A DNA stretch of 64,000 bases from positions 160,001 to 224,000 of the forward strand of contig CAVXWZ010000008.1 of NCBI GenBank assembly GCA_963765575.1, given 5' to 3'. The notes beneath the pieces are model-generated. The model saw only the letters and a list, made by a program, of their open reading frames with translations. It was not told the origin of the DNA and did no database searches. A program made the position numbers and the translations under genes. The stretch is from an uncultured cyanobacterium (GTDB lineage: Bacteria > Cyanobacteriota > Cyanobacteriia > PCC-6307 > Cyanobiaceae). Position 1 is the stretch's first letter; each line of letters begins with the position of its first letter. This document shows, one piece after another, positions 32,870 through 44,043 of this stretch.

Positions 32870-34195
32870 TCAGCGGCGCAGCCGGGCGAGGTCATCCCAG
32901 AAGCCTGGATAGGACACCGCGGCGGCCTCGGGCCGGTGCAGCACGGTGTCACCGCGGGCGATGCCGGCGGCCACCGCCAGGCTCATGGCCACGCGGTGAT
33001 CGGTTTCGCTGTCCACCGCGGTGCCGCCCAGCTCCGTGCTGCCGGTGATGGCCATGCCGTCCTCGAAGGCCTCGATGCGGGCTCCCATGGCCCCCAGCTG
33101 ACGGGCCATCACGGCCAGGCGGTCGGTTTCCTTGACCCGCAGTTCGGCCGCATCGGTGATGCGGCTGATGCCCTCGGCGCAGCAGGCGGCCACCGCCAGC
33201 ACCGGGATCTCGTCCACCAGGCGCGGGATCAGCTCGCCACCGATCGTGAACGCCCGCAGCGGCCCGTGGCTCACGCGCAGGTCGCCCACCGGCTCGCCGG
33301 CGACATCGCGGGGGTTGAGCACCTCCAGCCGGGCGCCCATCTGCTCGAGCACCTCCAGGATGCCGGTGCGGCTTGGGTTGAGGCCCACGTTCTCCACCGT
33401 GAGCGCGGCCCCGGGGGTGATGGCGGCGGCCACCAGCCAGAAGGCGGCTGAGCTGATGTCGCCCGGCACCACCACCGTCTGGCCCCGCAACCGGCCTCCA
33501 GGGGTCAGGGTCACGCGGGTGTGGCCGGGGCCGCCCACCTCCAGCTGGGCCCCGAAGGCCCGCAGCATGCGCTCGCTGTGGTCGCGGCTCTGGGCCGGCT
33601 CGATCACGGTGGTGGGGCCCTCGGCCGTGAGGCCCGCCAGCAGGATGGCGCTCTTCACCTGGGCCGAGGCCACCGGGGTGTGGATCGTCGTGCCCCGCAG
33701 CGGCTGACCGAGCACCGCCAGCGGGGCGAAGTTGCCGTCCCGGCGGCCATGGATGGCGGCGCCCATCTGGGTCAGTGGCGCGCCCACCCGCCGCATCGGT
33801 CGCAGCCGCAGGGAGCTGTCGCCGCTGAGCACGAAGTGGCGGCCCGCCCGCCCCGCCAGCAGGCCCAGCATCAGGCGCATGGTGGTGCCGGAGTTGCCGC
33901 AATCCAGTACGTCAAGGGGTTCCTGGAAGCCATCGAGCCCCACCCCCTCCACGCTCACCACCGCGCCGGCGCGGATCTCCGACACGCCCACCCCCATCGC
34001 CCTCAGGCAGGCGGCGGTGCTGAGCGGGTCTTCGGCCGGCAGCAGCCCCTCGATGCGGGTGCTGCCTTCGGCGATGGCGCCGAACAGCAGGGCCCGGTGG
34101 GAGATCGACTTGTCCCCCGGCACCCGCACCACGCCCCGCAGGCTGCCGCCGCCGCGCAGATGCAGGGGCCTGGGGGCGGCACTGGACTCGGCCAC
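32870..34195 (-). CDS. aroA: 3-phosphoshikimate 1-carboxyvinyltransferase
   Basis: [31 protein letters not shown] and DHRVAM motifs. Confidence 0.97.
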   Translation of the reverse strand: MAESSAAPRPLHLRGGGSLRGVVRVPGDKSISHRALLFGAIAEGSTRIEGLLPAEDPLSTAACLRAMGVGVSEIRAGAVVSVEGVGLDGFQEPLDVLDCGNSGTTMRLMLGLLAGRAGRHFVLSGDSSLRLRPMRRVGAPLTQMGAAIHGRRDGNFAPLAVLGQPLRGTTIHTPVASAQVKSAILLAGLTAEGPTTVIEPAQSRDHSERMLRAFGAQLEVGGPGHTRVTLTPGGRLRGQTVVVPGDISSAAFWLVAAAITPGAALTVENVGLNPSRTGILEVLEQMGARLEVLNPRDVAGEPVGDLRVSHGPLRAFTIGGELIPRLVDEIPVLAVAACCAEGISRITDAAELRVKETDRLAVMARQLGAMGARIEAFEDGMAITGSTELGGTAVDSETDHRVAMSLAVAAGIARGDTVLHRPEAAAVSYPGFWDDLARLRR

Positions 34196-34242
34196 GGACT
34201 GGGGCGCTGGTGCGGCGATCCTATGGAGCGCAGGGCAGCCGC

Positions 34243-34710
34243 TCAGCCCAGCAGCAAGCCGCCCTCGGCGTCGGCACTGGCCTCGGCGCTGCGCAGGTCG
34301 AACAGCAGCTCTGCGAGCGTGAGCTCCTCCAGGGCCTGGTGGCGGGCCCGCTCCAGCCGCTGCTGCAGGGCGTCGGTGACCCGGTCGGCGGCGGAGGGCC
34401 CGGCGGCGGTGGCCGCCACGGTCCCCTGCCGCTGGCCGGCCCCGGAGCCGCTGTCGCTCGCTTCGCCCAGCCCGGCCAGCACCGCCGCCACGCTGATGTG
34501 GCCGGCGTCCCGCGCCAGCCGGTAGCCCCCAAGCCGTCCCCGCCGGGCCACCAGCAGCCCGGCGCGGCGCAGCCGCAGCAGCAGTTGCTCAAGCATCGGC
34601 TCGGGCAGCTGCTGAGCGCCGGCCAGCTCGTGGCTGGAGCGCCAGTGCTGGGGGTCGCGGGCCAGTTCCAGCAGGGCCTTGAGGGCGTGGCTGGCCTGCC
34701 GGCTGAGCAT
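34243..34710 (-). CDS. Rrf2 family transcriptional regulator
   Basis: [28 protein letters not shown] winged-helix signature. Confidence 0.88.
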   Translation of the reverse strand: MLSRQASHALKALLELARDPQHWRSSHELAGAQQLPEPMLEQLLLRLRRAGLLVARRGRLGGYRLARDAGHISVAAVLAGLGEASDSGSGAGQRQGTVAATAAGPSAADRVTDALQQRLERARHQALEELTLAELLFDLRSAEASADAEGGLLLG

Positions 34711-34711
34711 C

Positions 34712-36284
34712 TCAGCGGCCCACCGCAGCTCCGGCCGCCGCACCCGCCAGCCGTTCCAGCACGTGCTCCAGGGTGTAGCCGAAGAGGGCGGGATCCGGCG
34801 GCTCCTGGCCGATGTCCGCCAGCCCCAGCTCCTGCCAGCGGCCGTCGATGCGCTGCTCCAGCTCGGCGGGCCGTTGCAGCGGTTCGCCCCAGGGGTGGCG
34901 CTTCTCCGGACCGATCTTGGTGGTGGCATCGATCGCCAGCCGGCCCCCCAGCCCCAGCCGCTCGCTGGCGAAATCGAGGGAATCAAAGGGGGTGTTCTCG
35001 AGCACGAACAGGTCGCGCTGGGGATCCACCAGGGCGCTGATCGCCCAGATCACCTGGCGCGGGTCGCGGATGTTGATGCTCTTGTCCACCACCACCACAA
35101 ACTTCGTGTAGGTGAACTGGGGCAGGGCACTCCAGAAGGCCATCGCCGAGCGCTTGGCCTGGCCCGGGTAGGCCTTGTCGATGGCGATCACGGCCAACTT
35201 GTAGCTCAACCCCTCCATGGGCAGGAAGAAATCCACGATTTCGGGGATCTGCTGGCGCAGGATCGGTGTGTAGATCCGGTTCAGGGCAATCGCCAGCATC
35301 GCGTCCTCCTTGGGCGGCCGGCCGCTGAAGGTGGTGAAGTAGATCGGCTGGCGGCGCTGGGTGATGCACTGGAAGCGCACCAGCGGTGAGGCCTCGACGC
35401 CGCCGTAGAAGCCCATGTGGTCGCCGAAGGGGCCATCGGCCAGCTCCTCGCCGGGGGTGATCGTGCCCTCCAGCACCACCTCGCTGTGGCTGGGAACCTC
35501 CAGATTCACGGTCTTGCACTTCGCCAGCCGCACCCCCTCGCCGGCGTAGAGCCCGGCGAACAGCCACTCGCTGAGCTGCACCGGGATCGGTGTGGCTGCC
35601 GCCAGCACCAGCAGGGGATGCACGCCGATGGCGATGGCGATCTCCAGTTTCTTGCCCATGGCCGCCGCCTTGCGCAGGTGGCGAGCCCCCCCGCGCACGC
35701 TCAGCCAGTGCACCGTCATCGTGTTGATCGACTGCTGTTGCAGCCGGTACACGCCCACGTTGGGGGTGCCGGTCTCGGGATCCTTGGTGATCACCAGGCC
35801 GAGGGTGATGATCCGGCCGCCATCGCCGGGCCAGGGGCGCAGCAACGGCAGGGCATCAAGGTTCACCGCCTCCCCCTTGAACACCTGCTGGCGGCAGGGC
35901 GGCGTCAGGTCGAGGTCGGGCTTGGCCTTGAGCACATCCAGCAGCACCGAGCCGAAGCGCACCGCCTCCCGGGCACCCTTGCGGCGGCCGGGGCTGCTGC
36001 AGCAGGGCCAGCCGCTCGCCCAGGGCCTCGAGCTCCTCGGGCCGTTCCATGCCCAGGCTCCACAGCACCCGCTCCTGGGTGCCCATCAGGTTGATCGCCA
36101 CCGGCATCGTGGAGCCGATCACGTTCTCGAACAGCAGCGCCGGACCGCCGGCGGCCAGCACCCGATCGGCGATCGCCGCCAGCTCCAGGTCTGGGTCCAC
36201 CGGGGCGCTGATGCGCCGCAACCGTCCCCGCTCCTCCAGCAGGCTCAGGAACCGGCGCAGGTCACGGCCATGCGGAATCGCCAC
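34712..36284 (-). CDS. ubiD: UbiD family decarboxylase, with an apparent 1-nt insertion frameshift at ~35981
   Basis: N-terminus (DLRRFL..LEERG, GPALLFENV) joins in the +1 frame to NVGVYR, EVVLEG, DGPFGDHMGFY and DATTK. Confidence 0.88.
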
Positions 36285-36415
36285 GGGATGTCAGATGGGC
36301 CTAGCGGCCGTCACTGTGGCGCAGGCTGCCGGCCGCTGCTGACACACTGATCCGGCGCCAGCCGCCTCCGGCTGCGGCATCGGCGCGTTCCCTCCCGCCT
36401 GCGGCCCGCGACTTC

Positions 36416-37171
36416 GTGCAGATCTCCTACTTCCACAGCTCCGAAACCGTTCCCCCGCTCAGCCCCCCGGAGCAGGGAGGACCGGATGCTGCGGTGGTGA
36501 TCGACGTGCTGCGGGCCACCACCACGATCGCCTGGGCCCTGCACAACGGCGCCGAGGCGATTCAGGCCTTCGCGGACCTCGACGACCTGGACGCCGCCGC
36601 CCGGGACTGGCCAGCCGAGGCACGCCTGCGCGCCGGCGAGCGCGGCGGCCAGCGGGTGCAGGGGTATGACCTGGGCAATTCCCCCCTGGCCGTGACGCCC
36701 GAGCTGGTGGGCGGCAAGCGCATCTTCCTGAGCACCACCAACGGCACCCGCTCCCTGGCGGCGGTGCGGGCGGTGCCGCTGCTGCTCACCGCCTGCCTGG
36801 GCAACCGCACCGCCGTGGCGCGGCGGCTGCTGGAGCGGGACTGCCAGCGGCTGTGGGTCGTGGGCAGCGGCTGGGAGGGTGCCTACTCCCTGGAGGACAG
36901 CCTGGCCGCTGGCGCGGTGGTTTCGGCGGTCACCGAACTGGCGGTGGCGCCCCATGTGGGCGTGCGCTTCGGCAACGACGAGATGCTCGCCGCCATGGCG
37001 CTATGGCAGCAGTGGCGCCAGGACCCGGACACCTGTCTGCGTGTGGCCAGCCATGGTCAGCGGCTGATGGGTCTGGGCGACCACGACGGCGACTTCGCCT
37101 GCTGCAGCGCCGTGGACAGCCTCGATATCGTGCCCATTCAGCAGGAACCGGGCGTGCTGCGGGCCAGCTGA
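36416..37171 (+). CDS. comB: 2-phosphosulfolactate phosphatase family protein
   Basis: [24 protein letters not shown] and SLED motifs. Confidence 0.9.
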   Translation: MQISYFHSSETVPPLSPPEQGGPDAAVVIDVLRATTTIAWALHNGAEAIQAFADLDDLDAAARDWPAEARLRAGERGGQRVQGYDLGNSPLAVTPELVGGKRIFLSTTNGTRSLAAVRAVPLLLTACLGNRTAVARRLLERDCQRLWVVGSGWEGAYSLEDSLAAGAVVSAVTELAVAPHVGVRFGNDEMLAAMALWQQWRQDPDTCLRVASHGQRLMGLGDHDGDFACCSAVDSLDIVPIQQEPGVLRAS

Positions 37172-37213
37172 AGGCAGCTCCGATACACTTCGGCCCTCTG
37201 ATCCGTCGATGTG

Positions 37214-38041
37214 GTGAGCAGCTATCTGGCGGCAGCTGTGCAACTCACCAGCACGCCGGACCCTGACGCCAATTTTGCCGCTGCTGAGGAGCAGATCGAG
37301 CTCGCTTCCCGCCGCGGTGCCGAGCTCGTGGGCCTGCCGGAAAACTTCGCCTTCATGGGGGAGGACGAGCTGCGGCTGCAGCTGGCCCCGGCCCTGGCGG
37401 AACGCTGCAGCCGCTTCCTGGTGACGATGGCCCGGCGCTACCAGGTGACCCTGCTGGGCGGCGGCTTTCCGGTGCCGGCCGGGGAGGGCCTCACCCTCAA
37501 CCGCGCCGAGCTGGTGGGCACCGAGGGGCAGCTGCTGGGCCGCTACGACAAGATCCACCTCTTCGATGTCGATCTTCCCGACGGCGACACCTACCGCGAG
37601 TCGGCCACCGTGCAGCCCGGCCATGACCTGCCGCCGGTGGTGGCGGTGCCTGGGCTGGGGCGCATCGGCCTGTCGATCTGCTACGACGTGCGCTTTCCGG
37701 AGCTCTATCGCCACCTGGCCCGTGACGGGGCCGACGTGCTGATGGTGCCGGCAGCCTTCACCGCCTTCACCGGCAAGGACCACTGGCAGGTGCTGCTGCA
37801 GGCCCGGGCGATCGAGAACACCGCCTATGTGGTGGCCCCCGCCCAGACCGGCCTGCACTACGCCCGTCGCCAGACCCATGGCCATGCCCTGGTGATCGAT
37901 CCCTGGGGCACGGTGCTGGCCGATGCCGGCGTCGGCCCCGGCCTGGCGGTGGCCCCCATCGATCCCCGCCACGGGCAGCGGGTGCGGGCCCAGATGCCCA
38001 GCCTCCAGCACCGCCGTCCCGCCCTCTTCTCGGTTCGCTGA
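37214..38041 (+). CDS. Carbon-nitrogen hydrolase (Nit1-like amidase)
   Basis: LPENF, YDKIHLFDV, ICYDVRFPE and ARAIENT motifs. Confidence 0.92.
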   Translation: MSSYLAAAVQLTSTPDPDANFAAAEEQIELASRRGAELVGLPENFAFMGEDELRLQLAPALAERCSRFLVTMARRYQVTLLGGGFPVPAGEGLTLNRAELVGTEGQLLGRYDKIHLFDVDLPDGDTYRESATVQPGHDLPPVVAVPGLGRIGLSICYDVRFPELYRHLARDGADVLMVPAAFTAFTGKDHWQVLLQARAIENTAYVVAPAQTGLHYARRQTHGHALVIDPWGTVLADAGVGPGLAVAPIDPRHGQRVRAQMPSLQHRRPALFSVR

Positions 38042-39120
38042 TGCGCTCGTCATGGCGCTGGATGGGATGGCGGGGGCTGCTGGTGCTGGCCCTGCTGCTG
38101 GCGGATCTCCCCGCCCTGGCCTCCAGCCTGGCGGCCTGGCGGATCTCTCGTCCGGGAATTCTGGAGCTGCGCACCAGCCCGGATGTGTCCCTGCAGGCGT
38201 TCTACGAGGCCGGTGAAGGCGGCCGTGGCCCACGGGTGTGGGTCGACTTCCCCGGGGCCCCCCAGCGCAGCCGCACGATCCCCGGCAGCGGGGCGGTCCG
38301 CGAAGTGCGCATCGGCCGGCCCACCCCCAACACCACCCGGCTGGTGCTGGAGTTTGTGCCGGGAACCAGTCTGGATCCCCGCAGCCTGCGGCTGGTGGGC
38401 ACCTCCCGGGACCGCTGGCGGATGGATTTCCGGGGCCTGGAGCGGCCGGTGCTGCGCGCCATGGGGGAGGGCAATGTGCTGGCCTCCAGTGGCTGGGCCG
38501 GTGCGCCGCGCAGCTCCTTCCCCACCGCCACCGCGCCCCTCTCGGCCGATGGCCTGCCGGTGGTCCCCCGCGGCCGCTACCGGGTGGTGATCGATCCCGG
38601 CCACGGCGGGCCCGATCCCGGCGCGGTGGGCATCGGTGGCCTGCGCGAAACCAATGTGGTGCTGGATGTCTCCCTGCAGGTGGCCCGCTTGCTGCAGGAG
38701 CGTGGCGTGCTGGTGACCCTCACCCGCACCAGCGAGATCGACCTGGACCTGCCGCCGCGGGTGGCGATCGCCAACCGCTCGGGGGCTTCAGCCTTCGTGA
38801 GCATCCACGCCAACGCCCTGAGCATGGCCCGGCCCGATGTCAACGGGGTCGAGAGTTTCTACTTCTCGGGAGGACGTTCCCAGTCCCTGGCCGCTGCCTT
38901 GCAACGGCGGATGATGGCGGTCTCTCCCGGCACCCCCAATCGGGGGGTGAAACAGGGCCGCTTCTTCGTGATCCGCCGCACGGTGATGCCGGCCACCCTG
39001 ATCGAGATGGGCTTCGTCACCGGCGCCATCGACGCCCCCCGGCTGGCCAATCCCCAGTTCCGTCGTCGCCTGGCCCTGGCGGTGGCCGCCGGCATCCTCG
39101 ATTTCCTGGGGGGACGCTGA
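38041..39120 (+). CDS. N-acetylmuramoyl-L-alanine amidase (AMIN + Amidase_3)
   Basis: IDPGHGGPDPGA, FVSIHAN and LIEMGF motifs, with a signal peptide. Confidence 0.92.
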   Translation: MRSSWRWMGWRGLLVLALLLADLPALASSLAAWRISRPGILELRTSPDVSLQAFYEAGEGGRGPRVWVDFPGAPQRSRTIPGSGAVREVRIGRPTPNTTRLVLEFVPGTSLDPRSLRLVGTSRDRWRMDFRGLERPVLRAMGEGNVLASSGWAGAPRSSFPTATAPLSADGLPVVPRGRYRVVIDPGHGGPDPGAVGIGGLRETNVVLDVSLQVARLLQERGVLVTLTRTSEIDLDLPPRVAIANRSGASAFVSIHANALSMARPDVNGVESFYFSGGRSQSLAAALQRRMMAVSPGTPNRGVKQGRFFVIRRTVMPATLIEMGFVTGAIDAPRLANPQFRRRLALAVAAGILDFLGGR

Positions 39121-39944
39121 TGAGCCTGGTGGTGGGCCTGTTCGACAGCGGCCTGGGTGGTCTCACTGTCCTGCGACGGGTGCATGCCTGCTATCCCCAC
39201 TCCCCCTGCCTCTACCTCGGCGACACCGCCCGGGTCCCCTACGGCACCCGCAGTGTCGACGACATCCGTGCCATCGCCGCCGAGGTGGTGGAGTGGTTGC
39301 GCCACGAAGGGGTGGGGGTGTTGGTGATGGCCTGCAACACCTCCAACGCCCTGGCCCTGGATGTGGCGGTGGCCCAGGCCACCGTTCCCGTGGTGGGGTT
39401 GATCGACAGCGTGGCGGCCGTGATCGAGAGCGATCACGTGGGCGTGCTGGCCACCCCCGCCACCGCCGCCAGTGGGGCCTACCGGCGGGCGATTCACGCC
39501 AGTCGCCCACGGGCCCGGGTCACGGAAGTGGGCTGCCCGGCCTTCGTGCCCCTGATCGAGGCTGGCCTGCTGAATGCCCCGGAGCTGCGCGAGGCCGCGC
39601 GCCGCTATGTGGAGCCGCTGCTGGCAGCGGCGGTGGACACCGTGGTGATGGGCTGCACCCACTACCCGTTGCTGCGCTCGCTCCTGCAGGAGCTGTTGCC
39701 GCCCGGCACCCATCTGATCGACCCCGCCGAAGCGGCGGTGGAGCGGCTGGGCCCCCTGCTGGCCAGCCTGGGGGATCTGCCGGAATCCGAGCAGTCCCTC
39801 ACCCTGCTGCCGCCGCCCATGCAGCGCACCCGCCTCTGCGTCACCGGTTGCCCTGACAGCTTCGCCAGCTCGGCCAACACCTGGCTGGGCCGCTGCCCTG
39901 AGGTGGAGCGCGTGAGCCTGCGGTCGGTCGGCCGCGCCGCCTAG
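39120..39944 (+). CDS. murI: Glutamate racemase
   Basis: FDSGLGGLTV, ACNTS and GCTHYP motifs. Confidence 0.95.
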   Translation: MSLVVGLFDSGLGGLTVLRRVHACYPHSPCLYLGDTARVPYGTRSVDDIRAIAAEVVEWLRHEGVGVLVMACNTSNALALDVAVAQATVPVVGLIDSVAAVIESDHVGVLATPATAASGAYRRAIHASRPRARVTEVGCPAFVPLIEAGLLNAPELREAARRYVEPLLAAAVDTVVMGCTHYPLLRSLLQELLPPGTHLIDPAEAAVERLGPLLASLGDLPESEQSLTLLPPPMQRTRLCVTGCPDSFASSANTWLGRCPEVERVSLRSVGRAA

Positions 39945-39967
39945 GATCAGCCCACAAGGGAGGTGTT

Positions 39968-40939
39968 GTGGCAACGGTTGCTGAGCTGCTCCAGCCCGTG
40001 GAGGCCGATCTCGATGCCCTTCTGGCCGACCTGCGCAGCCTGATCGGAGCCGGCCATCCGATCCTCCAGGCCGCCGCTGAGCATCTGTTTGCCGCCGGAG
40101 GCAAACGCCTCCGTCCCGGCATCGTGCTGCTGCTCTCCCGCGCCGTGGCGCCGGATGGTGAGCTGAGCGCCCGGCACCGGCGGCTGGCCGAGATCACCGA
40201 GATGATCCACACCGCCTCGCTGGTGCACGACGACGTGGTCGATGGGGCGGCCACCCGCCGCGGCGTCGACACCGTCCACAGCCGGTTCAACCACCGTGTG
40301 GCCGTGCTGGCGGGAGATTTTCTCTTCGCCCAGGCCAGCTGGCACCTCGCCAATCTCGATGATCTGGCGGTGGTGAAGCTGCTCAGCCGGGTGATCATGG
40401 ACCTGGCCGATGGGGAGGTCAAGCAGGGCCTGTTCCGCTACGACACCGGCCAGAGCTTCGAGACCTACCTGGAGAAGAGCTACTGCAAGACGGCCTCCCT
40501 GATCGCCAACAGCGCCCGCGCCGCCGGAGTGTTGTCCGAGCTGCCGGATGAGCGCCTCGATGCCCTCAATCGCTTCGGCCGCCAGCTCGGCCTGGCCTTC
40601 CAGGTGGTGGACGACATCCTCGATTTCACCGGCAGCGACCAGCAGCTGGGCAAGCCCGCCGCCAGCGATCTGGCCTCCGGCTACCTCACCGCCCCGGCGC
40701 TCTATGCCCTCGAGGAGCGGCCGGCCCTGGCCGGGCTGATCGAGCGGGAGTTCAGCCAGGAGGGGGATCTGGAGCAGGCCCTGGCCCTGGTGCGGGGCTG
40801 CGAGGCGATTCCCCGTTCCCGGGCCCTGGCCGAACAGTTCGCCCGCGAAGCTGCCGAAGCGATCACCTGGCTACCGGCCTCCGAACCGCGCAGCGCCCTG
40901 CGCGCCCTGCCCGATTTCGTGCTCAGCCGGCTCTTCTGA
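39968..40939 (+). CDS. sds: Solanesyl diphosphate synthase
   Basis: GGKRLRP, LVHDDVVD, KTASL and FQVVDDILD motifs. Confidence 0.93.
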   Translation: MATVAELLQPVEADLDALLADLRSLIGAGHPILQAAAEHLFAAGGKRLRPGIVLLLSRAVAPDGELSARHRRLAEITEMIHTASLVHDDVVDGAATRRGVDTVHSRFNHRVAVLAGDFLFAQASWHLANLDDLAVVKLLSRVIMDLADGEVKQGLFRYDTGQSFETYLEKSYCKTASLIANSARAAGVLSELPDERLDALNRFGRQLGLAFQVVDDILDFTGSDQQLGKPAASDLASGYLTAPALYALEERPALAGLIEREFSQEGDLEQALALVRGCEAIPRSRALAEQFAREAAEAITWLPASEPRSALRALPDFVLSRLF

Positions 40940-40962
40940 GCGCGCGCTGGCCCAGCCAGGCC

Positions 40963-41616
40963 TCAGCTGAGATCCACGGCCCGCAGTGACTGCAGGCAGT
41001 GGCTGCCGGCTGGGAAGCGGCCCCCGTCCTCGCCTTCGGACAGCAGCACCACCACCCGGCAACCGGCACTGGCCGCCGCCCTGGCTCCGGCCTGGGAATC
41101 CTCGAAGGCCCAGCACTGCGTGGCCGGCACCCCCAGCCGCTCAGCGGCCAGCAGAAAGGGGTCGGGGGCGGGCTTGCCGGCCAGCAGCTCCGGCTCATCG
41201 CCGTGGACGCGCACGGCGATGGCCTCCAGCCAGGGATGGGGGGCACTCTTGAGCGCCACCGAGGGCCGTGCGCTGCTGGTCACCAGGGCCATGGGAATGG
41301 CGAGGTCGCGGCAGCGCTGCAGCAGCTCCGGTGCCCCATCGATGGCGGGAGCTTGCACCAGCAGCGATTCGGCGATGGGCTGGCGCACGGCCAGCAGCTC
41401 CTGCACCGACGGCAGGGCGCCCCCACTTTCGCCGATCCAGCGCCGCACCTGGGCGGCACAGTCCAGCCGCCGGCGACCGCGCAGCTGCAGCAGCTCGGCC
41501 GCGTTGAGCTCCCGGCCGAAGTGGCTGGCGGCCTGACGCCAGGCCCTGGCATGCAGGGGCTCGGTATCGAGCAACAGTCCGTCGAGGTCGAAGAGGCAGG
41601 CGGCGGGACGGCTCAT
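40963..41616 (-). CDS. HAD family phosphatase
   Basis: FDLDGLLLDTE, GKPAPD and FEDS motifs. Confidence 0.92.
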   Translation of the reverse strand: MSRPAACLFDLDGLLLDTEPLHARAWRQAASHFGRELNAAELLQLRGRRRLDCAAQVRRWIGESGGALPSVQELLAVRQPIAESLLVQAPAIDGAPELLQRCRDLAIPMALVTSSARPSVALKSAPHPWLEAIAVRVHGDEPELLAGKPAPDPFLLAAERLGVPATQCWAFEDSQAGARAAASAGCRVVVLLSEGEDGGRFPAGSHCLQSLRAVDLS

Positions 41617-41650
41617 GCCGCCATTCTCTCCGCAGCGGGTCCCCCGGGGT

Positions 41651-42058
41651 TCAGTCCTCGATGGCCTCGACGCTGAAGCGCTCCGGCCGGCCGCAGGCCT
41701 CGGGATGGAGCCAGCTCCAGCGGCTCGAGATGGTGAGGAAGAGCTGGCTGCCGGCGGGGCCCCTGCCCAGGCCCATCCCTGGCCACTTGCTCCACACCAC
41801 CGGCGCTGGCCGCTGCCCTTGGCGCGCGAACCAGGCCGCCCGTTGGCTGCGGTGCAGGATCGGCCGGCCGTCGTAGCGGAACAACAGGGGCGCCGCCGCC
41901 TGGGCGGGGCTGTTGAGGCGGAACCACACCCGCTTGCTGCGCTGCAGATACCAGAACCGCCAGCAACAGCCCGCCAGCGAGCGGTTGGCCGGGTTGCTGT
42001 ACACCAGCCCCGGGGCCCGCTGGGGGGCGCTGCTGCTGCGGTTCACAATGGACTCCAC
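41651..42058 (-). CDS. Orphan hypothetical protein
   Basis: Aromatic-rich ORF filling the gap between the HAD gene and acs. Start uncertain. Confidence 0.4.
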   Translation of the reverse strand: MESIVNRSSSAPQRAPGLVYSNPANRSLAGCCWRFWYLQRSKRVWFRLNSPAQAAAPLLFRYDGRPILHRSQRAAWFARQGQRPAPVVWSKWPGMGLGRGPAGSQLFLTISSRWSWLHPEACGRPERFSVEAIED

Positions 42059-42072
42059 CCGCCCGCTCCGTG

Positions 42073-44043
42073 ATGACCGAGGCCACGATCGAGTCTGTGC
42101 TGCAGGAAGGCCGGCTCTTCCCGCCACCGGCCGAGCTGGCGGCGGGTGCCCGCATCGGCTCGATGCAGGCCTATCGCGCCCTGTGCGAGCGGGCCGAGGC
42201 CGACCCCGATCGCTTCTGGGGGGATCTGGCCCGCTCCGAGTTGCACTGGTTCGAGCCCTTCCACACGGTGCTCGACTGGAGCGAGGCTCCGTTTGCCCGC
42301 TGGTTTGAGGGCGGCCGCACCAACCTCAGCTTCAACTGCCTGGATCGCCATCTCCAGGGCCCCCGCGCCGACAAGACGGCCTTGATCTGGGAAGGGGAGC
42401 CCGGCGACACCCGCACCTTCAGCTATCGCCAGTTGCATGCGGCGGTGTGCCAGGCGGCCAACGCCCTCAAGGCGCTGGGCATCGGCAAGGGCGATCTGGT
42501 GGCCCTTTACATGCCGATGGTGCCCGAGGCCGCCATCGCCATGCTCGCCTGCGCCCGCATCGGTGCGCCCCATTCGGTGGTGTTCGGCGGCTTTTCGGCC
42601 GACTCCCTGCGCGACCGGCTGATCGACGGCGCGGCCAAGGCCGTGATCACCGCCGACGGTGGCTTCCGCAAGGACAAGCCGGTGCCGCTCAAGCCGGCGG
42701 TGGATGAGGCCCTGGCCGAGCGGGGCGGTGCCCCCAGCGTGGAGCACGTGCTGGTGGTGCGCCGGATCGGCAGTGAGTGTCCGATGCAGGCAGGCCGCGA
42801 CCACTGGTGGCAGGAGCTGGTGGATGGCCAGGCGACGGACTGCCCCGCCGAGCCGATGGCCAGCGAAGACCGGCTGTTCGTGCTCTACACCTCCGGTTCC
42901 ACGGGCAAGCCCAAGGGGGTGGTGCACACCACCGCCGGCTACAACCTCTGGGCCCACATCACCTTCCAGTGGATCTTCGACATCCGCGACGACGACATCC
43001 ACTGGTGCACGGCCGATGTGGGCTGGATCACCGGCCACAGCTACATCGTCTACGGCCCCCTGTCCAACGGCGCCACCACGGTGATGTACGAGGGCGCGCC
43101 GCGGGCCGGCAACCCGGGGGCCTTCTGGGAGGTGGTGCAGAAGCACCGCGTGACGCTCTTCTACACGGCCCCCACCGCCATCCGCGCCTTCATGAAGAGC
43201 GGCCGTGAGGTGCCCGACCGCTACGACATGAGTTCGCTGCGCATCCTCGGCACGGTGGGCGAGCCGATCAATCCCGAAGCCTGGATCTGGTACCGGGAGG
43301 TGATCGGCGGCAACCGCTGCCCGGTGGTGGACACCTGGTGGCAGACCGAAACCGGCGGCGTGATGATCAGCCCCCTGCCCGGGGCCACCGCCACCAAGCC
43401 GGGATCCTGCACCCTGCCGCTGCCCGGGATCGTGGCCGACATCGTCGACCACGAAGGTCTCTCCCAGCCCGCCGATGCCGGCGGATACCTGGCGATCCGC
43501 CGCCCCTGGCCGGGGATGATGCGCACGGTGCACGGCGACCCGGATCGCTTCCGGCGCAGCTACTGGGAGGAGGTGCGGCCCGCCGATGGCTCCCACCTCT
43601 ACTTCGCCGGCGATGGCGCCCGCCGTGACGCCGACGGCTACTTCTGGGTGATGGGCCGGGTCGATGACGTGATCAGCGTCTCCGGCCACCGCCTCGGCAC
43701 CATGGAGATCGAGAGCGCCCTGGTGAGCCATCCCGCCGTGGCCGAGGCGGCCGTGGTGGGTCGTCCCGATGCGATCAAGGGGGAGGCGGTGGTGGCCTTC
43801 GTGACCCTGGACAGCAGCCATGAGGGCAGCGATGCCCTGGCGGCCGAGCTGCGCAGCCACGTGGGCAAGGAGATCGGCCCGATCGCCAAGCCCGATGTGA
43901 TCCGCTTCAGCGATGCCCTGCCCAAAACCCGCAGCGGCAAGATCATGCGCCGGATCCTGCGCTCGCTGGCGGCGGGCCAGGAGTTGAGCGGCGACACCAG
44001 CACCCTTGAGGACCGCTCGGTGCTCGATCAGCTACGCCGTTGA
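42073..44043 (+). CDS. acs: Acetate--CoA ligase
   Basis: [20 protein letters not shown] and [11 protein letters not shown] motifs. Confidence 0.97.
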   Translation: MTEATIESVLQEGRLFPPPAELAAGARIGSMQAYRALCERAEADPDRFWGDLARSELHWFEPFHTVLDWSEAPFARWFEGGRTNLSFNCLDRHLQGPRADKTALIWEGEPGDTRTFSYRQLHAAVCQAANALKALGIGKGDLVALYMPMVPEAAIAMLACARIGAPHSVVFGGFSADSLRDRLIDGAAKAVITADGGFRKDKPVPLKPAVDEALAERGGAPSVEHVLVVRRIGSECPMQAGRDHWWQELVDGQATDCPAEPMASEDRLFVLYTSGSTGKPKGVVHTTAGYNLWAHITFQWIFDIRDDDIHWCTADVGWITGHSYIVYGPLSNGATTVMYEGAPRAGNPGAFWEVVQKHRVTLFYTAPTAIRAFMKSGREVPDRYDMSSLRILGTVGEPINPEAWIWYREVIGGNRCPVVDTWWQTETGGVMISPLPGATATKPGSCTLPLPGIVADIVDHEGLSQPADAGGYLAIRRPWPGMMRTVHGDPDRFRRSYWEEVRPADGSHLYFAGDGARRDADGYFWVMGRVDDVISVSGHRLGTMEIESALVSHPAVAEAAVVGRPDAIKGEAVVAFVTLDSSHEGSDALAAELRSHVGKEIGPIAKPDVIRFSDALPKTRSGKIMRRILRSLAAGQELSGDTSTLEDRSVLDQLRR

